A DNA stretch of 64,000 bases from Planctomycetota bacterium. GTDB taxonomy: Bacteria; Planctomycetota; B15-G4; SIAN01. The DNA lies in the NCBI GenBank assembly GCA_031409275.1, contig JANNXA010000051.1:160001-224000 (forward strand). Direction: 5' to 3'. Both the position numbers and the translations under genes were made by a program. This document shows positions 59,140-64,000 of the stretch, piece by piece; positions within the stretch are counted from its first letter, which is position 1, and every line of letters starts with the position of its first letter. The notes below the pieces were generated by a model. It saw only the letters and a program-made list of their open reading frames with translations, did no database searches and was not told the origin of the DNA.

Positions 59140-60648
59140 TCAGTGGAATCGCAGGAGCCGATCGATGCCCAGGCTCTTGCAGCGCGAGCACGGGATCATC
59201 TTGTCCTCGCCCCCGCGCTCGAAGTAGCGGATGACGCCGGTACCGACGCACTGCACGCAGGCGCGCGCCTCGACCTTCATCACCTTGACGGCCGCGTCGT
59301 GGTCGGCCCACCACGCGAGCAGGTACTGGATGCGCTCGTCGGTGCTGGTCGCGGTCCACCACTCGTCGTCGGTGGGCGGAACATCGGCGATCTCCGGCCC
59401 GCGCTTCTCCGGCTTCTTCTTGTTGCCCTTGTTCTTGGCCGCCTCCTCCTGCTCCTTGCGCTTGGCCTCGAGGATCTTCTTGATGCGGTCGAGGTAGTCG
59501 GCGCCGCTCGCGCTGTCGTCGCCCGCGTTCGGATCGGCCTTCTTCGCAGTGGGATCCTCGGCCACGAGCCCCTTCTGGATCGCCTCGATCGAGCCGAGCG
59601 TGAAGGTGCCGGCGCCGTAGTTGGCGTAGTGCGGCGAGCCGGTCATGCGCTCCGGATCCTGCCATTGGGCGAGGACCTCCTTCGCATCGACGCCGAGCTG
59701 CTTGGCGGTCGCCTCCGCGGCGAGGTTGCTGCCCTCGAGCTCGATGCGCTGGCGCGCCTGCTTGAGACCGATCCCCGCCTCGGTCGCGATCTGGCGCGCG
59801 ACGCGCTCGGCGTGGACGAAGAAGTGGACGATCGTCTCCTGCTTCAGCCACTTCTCGCGCTGCTTGGCGATGACGCGCCGCGACTTCTCGAACTCGGCGC
59901 GCAGACCCGATCCCGGCTTCTTGGTGAGGAAGGCGTCGATCAGCGTGAGCGCCGCGTCATAGCGCTCGCGCTGTGCGAAGCGTTGCGCCTTGGCGAGCTC
60001 GCCGGAATCCTCGCTCGACTCGAGGCGCAACGTCGCCCGCTTGCTCTTGCCTTCGATGATGTCCGCCTTGAAATCCGGTTCAAGCTCGCTGACCCGCGCG
60101 AGGTGCTCCTTGGTGCGCGCCCAGAGCTGCAGGCTCTCGCAGAAGAGCGCGAGGTTGTAGTGGTCGAGCGCGCTCTGCGGGTTCTTCGCCGCGAGCTCCT
60201 GCGCGTAGAGCGCCTCGCCGTCGTAGACATCGAGCGCGTCGACCTGCACCGGCGTGATCGAGCGCACGTTGCTGCGGTTGAACTCCCAGGTCTGCACCCG
60301 TTGGCGCAGCTTGAAGGTCTGGGTGCCCTGCTCGACGATGATCCCGGTGTACTCCTGCCCGCCGACGAGGCGCACCTGCATCGCCTCGACCAGCACCGTC
60401 TCGGGCTCATCAGGCAGGTAGCCGCGCGAGGCTCGCAGGCGCCGCGCATCCTCCGGCGCCATCTGATCGAACGCGAGATCGAGCAGCGCCCCGTCGTCGA
60501 CGCGGCGCGCCTTCACGCCTTTCGCCTCGTCGAACTCGAGGACCTCGATCACCACCTCGGTGCCGACCTTGAGTCGCACCACCTCGGGCCCGCCATCCCG
60601 CGCCAGCAGCGCGACGCTCGCCAGTACGATCGAAACGAAGCTCGTCAT
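59140..60648 (-). CDS. Exported hypothetical protein with TPR-like region and C-terminal Zn-ribbon
   Basis: Signal peptide; HYNLALFC..L motif; CVQCVGTG...CSRCKSLG. Confidence 0.75.
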   Translation of the reverse strand: MTSFVSIVLASVALLARDGGPEVVRLKVGTEVVIEVLEFDEAKGVKARRVDDGALLDLAFDQMAPEDARRLRASRGYLPDEPETVLVEAMQVRLVGGQEYTGIIVEQGTQTFKLRQRVQTWEFNRSNVRSITPVQVDALDVYDGEALYAQELAAKNPQSALDHYNLALFCESLQLWARTKEHLARVSELEPDFKADIIEGKSKRATLRLESSEDSGELAKAQRFAQRERYDAALTLIDAFLTKKPGSGLRAEFEKSRRVIAKQREKWLKQETIVHFFVHAERVARQIATEAGIGLKQARQRIELEGSNLAAEATAKQLGVDAKEVLAQWQDPERMTGSPHYANYGAGTFTLGSIEAIQKGLVAEDPTAKKADPNAGDDSASGADYLDRIKKILEAKRKEQEEAAKNKGNKKKPEKRGPEIADVPPTDDEWWTATSTDERIQYLLAWWADHDAAVKVMKVEARACVQCVGTGVIRYFERGGEDKMIPCSRCKSLGIDRLLRFH

Positions 60649-60702
60649 CGGCAGCTCCTCGACTCAGTTGCACCGTGGATTGCGATCATTCCTTCGACCT
60701 CG

Positions 60703-61161
60703 TCACTTCATCGACCAGAGGCGCGCGGCATCGACCTTCGCCGAGCGCAATCGCGGCAGCACCCGCTCCAACTTCTGGGTGCGCACTCTGCCGCCTTGTT
60801 TCCAGCTCACTTCGACGACCAGGAGGAAGAGCCCCCCTCCCGGCGCGGCGCGAACGTTCCATCGATAGCTCAGTTCGGGGCGCCCGGGCACCGGCTGCGG
60901 CGCGGCAAGCTCCGGCAGCGCGCCGTTTCCGTCGGGCGCCTGCTCGGCGAGCTCCCGCGCCGCGAGCAGCAGGACCTCCTCGGCCGCATCGGCGGCGAGC
61001 GCCATCGACTGCGAATCCTGGTGCAGGCGCGTACCGGTCGACAGCAGTGCCAGCACGCTGACGATGCCGACCAGGAAGATCGTCAGCGCCGCCATCACCT
61101 CGAGCAAGGTGAAGCCGGCGGCGGAGCGGCGGCGGCAAGAGACGCTCGCTGGCGCGCTCAT
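60703..61161 (-). CDS. Prepilin-type protein (GspI/PilV-like)
   Basis: AG|FTLLEVMAALTIF; ATG at 61161 overlaps the upstream stop. Confidence 0.85.
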   Translation of the reverse strand: MSAPASVSCRRRSAAGFTLLEVMAALTIFLVGIVSVLALLSTGTRLHQDSQSMALAADAAEEVLLLAARELAEQAPDGNGALPELAAPQPVPGRPELSYRWNVRAAPGGGLFLLVVEVSWKQGGRVRTQKLERVLPRLRSAKVDAARLWSMK

Positions 61162-62390
61162 CGGCGCTCTCCGCGATCGTCGCGCGGCATCAGGTCCCCG
61201 CGACCACACGACAGCGCGATCGTCCGCTCGAAGCGTCGCCCGGTCAGCACCTTGGTGCCCGCGAGGTGGATGCTCGGCGCGGTGCCGTAGAGCCCGCGGC
61301 GCGTCAGCAGCAACGTGCTGCCGTCGCTTTCCGCGACCTCGACCCACTCCTGCCCGAGCTTCAGGACGCGCGCGTCGGTCCCGAGCTTCTTCAGGTAGCG
61401 CCCGTTTTGAACGTCGACGCGCAACGTGCCCGTCGACGCCGGCACGTCGCTGGCGAGCTCCGCCGAAGGCGACTCGCCGGGTGGCGGCGCCACCACCAGC
61501 GTGATGCGCACCGCACTCGGGAAGACGTCGTCATCGGCCAGAGCGCGCGACGTCGGCCCGCGCCCGTGCCGGAATCCGCTGAAGCCCTCGCCCGCCGGAA
61601 GCAATCCGCGCGTCGAATCCCACAGCGCGAGCGGTCCGCCCGCATCCGGCCCTGCCGCGAGGTCGCGGACGGTGTCGTCGATGAAGGCCAACGAGAAGAG
61701 CAGCACGTTCTCGGCGAGCGGCTCGAGCGGCGCGCGCGCCAGCCCGCCATCGTCGGCCAACGCCTGCGCGAAGAGCGAGTCGGGCCCGCCCGGCGGCGAC
61801 ATCAGGGCACGCCACAAGACCATGCGCCCTTCGTAGCCGGGACGCGGATCGGGCTGCGGAACGAGCGCCTCTTCGACCAGCCCTTCGGTGGCGAAGAAGC
61901 GCGCGTCGGGCGAGTCGATGGAGCCGACGTAGGGAACGGCGCCCGCCACGCCCGGCACCCGATCGTCAGCGGCGTTGCCGCCATTGGCGATGTCGATGCC
62001 CGCGCGACGCAACTGCGGGTGGGCGCGCTCCTCGACGAGCTGGCGAACGAAGACGAGCCGCTGCGCCTGGAAGTCGCGCGTCGAGTCGCCATCGGCGTCG
62101 AGCGTGATCATGTCGCAATAGAACTTCACCCGCGGCTCACCGTCGCCGCCGTCGACCGACGCGGCGTGGCGCAGTTCGTTGCCGAGCCGATCGAGCAGCG
62201 CCGCCGCCTGCTCGCTCTCGTCGCGGCCGCGCTCGCCGTTGTTCCACAAGTCGAGCCCGCCGCCGAGCACTTGCAGCACCATCCCGGCCAGGCCGAGGAA
62301 GATCGCCATCGCGGCGAGCAGCTCGACGAGCGTGAGGCCGGCCGCGCGACGCCGCGCCGAGCGTGAGGAACATGAGGAGCGCGGCGCCAT
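61158..62390 (-). CDS. Prepilin-type protein (GspJ/PilW-like)
   Basis: AG|LTLVELLAAMAIF, LLDRLGNEL, FPSAVRITL. Confidence 0.85.
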   Translation of the reverse strand: MAPRSSCSSRSARRRAAGLTLVELLAAMAIFLGLAGMVLQVLGGGLDLWNNGERGRDESEQAAALLDRLGNELRHAASVDGGDGEPRVKFYCDMITLDADGDSTRDFQAQRLVFVRQLVEERAHPQLRRAGIDIANGGNAADDRVPGVAGAVPYVGSIDSPDARFFATEGLVEEALVPQPDPRPGYEGRMVLWRALMSPPGGPDSLFAQALADDGGLARAPLEPLAENVLLFSLAFIDDTVRDLAAGPDAGGPLALWDSTRGLLPAGEGFSGFRHGRGPTSRALADDDVFPSAVRITLVVAPPPGESPSAELASDVPASTGTLRVDVQNGRYLKKLGTDARVLKLGQEWVEVAESDGSTLLLTRRGLYGTAPSIHLAGTKVLTGRRFERTIALSCGRGDLMPRDDRGERR

Positions 62391-64000
62391 CAGCGCGACT
62401 CCTCATGCCGAAGCACGACGCGGTCGGCGAGGTACTCGACGGCGACTGCCTCGAGCAACGGCGCGCGCTTCCACGAGTTGCGCGCGAACTCGACCGGATC
62501 GAATGCCCCCTCGCGGTAGTCGACGTTGAAGCGGACGCGCAACAGGTCGCCCTGCCGATCGAGGAGGTTGGGTTTCTCGCGCGTTCCGGGCGAATCGAAG
62601 ACGAAGAGGTCGGGGTCGAGCGCCGGGTCGCCAGCGAAGTTGCCGCGTCCCTGCACGCGTACGGTGGCGATGAGGCGGGCGAGCGGATCGCCCTTCGACT
62701 CGCTCCAGGTCAGCGCGTGGTAGAGGCCGCGTCGCGCGGCCACCTGCAGCTCGAGCGTCGCGAGTTCGGGGATCTCGCAACGATCCTGGTAGCCGTCGGC
62801 GTAGCGGTAGGGCCAGAAGAAGACGACGCTGTCGGCCGCATGCGTCATCACCGGGGTGCCGTAGCGACCGCGGAAGGCCGCATCGCCCGTCGTGCGCGAG
62901 CTCCTGCCCGTGGGATCGTCGAGGTAGGTCGGCACGTAGAGCGACGCCGGCCCGCCGTTGCCGGCGCGGCCCGAGTAGGCGAGCACTTCCTGGTCGATCA
63001 TCACGCAGCCGTGCGGCGGAAAGCCGGCCGGATCGGTCAGCGCGATCTGCTCGTCGCTGGTCGACATGCCGCCAGCGAGGCGCGTCATCACCAGCCACGG
63101 CAGGACGTAGCCCGTCTCGCCCGGGCCGTGGTAACCCGTGTCTCCGCCGAAGCGCAGGCGGCCATCGGCGGCGATCTGCTGCACCACCGGCTGCCCGAGG
63201 TTGCGCTCGCCGCCGATGATGAACTCGTCGCCGAACTGCCAGACGCAGGCGTCCTGATGCAGCGAAACGGTCGCGCCGATCTGGCCGAACTGATCATGCG
63301 GGAAGCGCAGCAGGTCATCGGCGATCTCGAAGCGATCCGATTCGGTCGCGGCGATCTCGCGATTCAAGACGTGCATGCCGTGGGCGAAGATCGGCTGCGG
63401 ATCCTCGGCGGCGAAGATCCGGACCTCATCGACCTTCGCGCCGTCCCCGCCGCCGCCTCCGCCACCGGCGCTGCCGCCGACGGTCAGTTCGCTCGCCCCG
63501 TCCCAACGGCTCGGCAGCTCGCCCGACGGAAACTTCAGGATGCGCGCGAAGTTGCGCGAGTCGGAAGAGAAGGTGAGGTTCGCGACGATGTTGGTCGCGT
63601 TCGTGTTGGCGATGCCGAGACTCGGCGGGACCACGAAGCGCGTCGCGGCCGACTCGGCCAACAGCGCGACGTGGCATTCGCCCGCCCAGTCCTCCGCGCT
63701 GTCCTGCGACCACGCGTAGTTCAGGAAGTGGCGCTCGGGGCGCTCGTTGAAGGCGCCGACGATCGTGATCTCGTCGTAGCGACCGGGTTTCGGTCCGCTG
63801 CGGGCCACGCGGAAGACGGGGTAGACGCTCTCACCGCTGCCGTGCTTCTTGTCCTTCGCGCCGGTGTCGAGCACGCCGCGAAACGCGAGCGCGTGCGGAG
63901 GCGAGTTGCCAAGGCGCATGTCGGGATCGCCGCCGAGGAGGTTCTCCTGATTCAGCGCCTCGACGAAGTCGTCGTAGGCGGACTGTCCCAACTTGAAGTT
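62390..64000 (-). CDS. Large hypothetical protein (partial), co-operonic with the pilins
   Basis: Frame is open to the window edge; its TGA overlaps the next ATG; a LamG-like-looking VDEVRIF segment. Confidence 0.7.
   Translation of the reverse strand, partial: NFKLGQSAYDDFVEALNQENLLGGDPDMRLGNSPPHALAFRGVLDTGAKDKKHGSGESVYPVFRVARSGPKPGRYDEITIVGAFNERPERHFLNYAWSQDSAEDWAGECHVALLAESAATRFVVPPSLGIANTNATNIVANLTFSSDSRNFARILKFPSGELPSRWDGASELTVGGSAGGGGGGGDGAKVDEVRIFAAEDPQPIFAHGMHVLNREIAATESDRFEIADDLLRFPHDQFGQIGATVSLHQDACVWQFGDEFIIGGERNLGQPVVQQIAADGRLRFGGDTGYHGPGETGYVLPWLVMTRLAGGMSTSDEQIALTDPAGFPPHGCVMIDQEVLAYSGRAGNGGPASLYVPTYLDDPTGRSSRTTGDAAFRGRYGTPVMTHAADSVVFFWPYRYADGYQDRCEIPELATLELQVAARRGLYHALTWSESKGDPLARLIATVRVQGRGNFAGDPALDPDLFVFDSPGTREKPNLLDRQGDLLRVRFNVDYREGAFDPVEFARNSWKRAPLLEAVAVEYLADRVVLRHEESR

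Overview
High-GC bacterial chromosome segment, most likely Planctomycetota: the 16S carries exact Pla46 (GACTTGCATGCCTAATCC, 28989-29006) and EUB338-IV-type (GCAGCCTCCCGTAGGAGT) probe sites, with probe sequences recalled from memory. Most of it is core genome: a linked rrn operon (16S-tRNA-Ile-tRNA-Ala-23S-5S, minus strand), 6S RNA, aspS-thrS-infC-rpmI-rplT-pheS-pheT, a complete F1Fo atp operon, nadB-hflX, ndk, rnpA-yidD, scpB, an L,D-transpeptidase and an ECF sigma/anti-sigma pair. Accessory genes include coiled-coil proteins with an SBP-OmpA fusion, an ABC exporter, two pilin-like clusters, a dynamin-like GTPase and a tandem glycosidase-like protein. The top candidate system is a 68-aa bacterial histone-fold protein with a Lys-rich N-terminal tail (17476-17682), lying 1.45 kb from a coiled-coil/AT-hook/winged-helix-like protein (19131-19640), possibly a nucleoid/chromatin module. 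Other notable items are a probable ACG start codon for infC, two palindromic elements sharing a GAGGA/GACGA internal loop (one MITE-like with 21-bp TIRs), and an unannotated structured intergenic RNA candidate with a possible pseudoknot. I saw no transposase, integrase or CRISPR array. All calls come from motif reading by eye; no searches were run.
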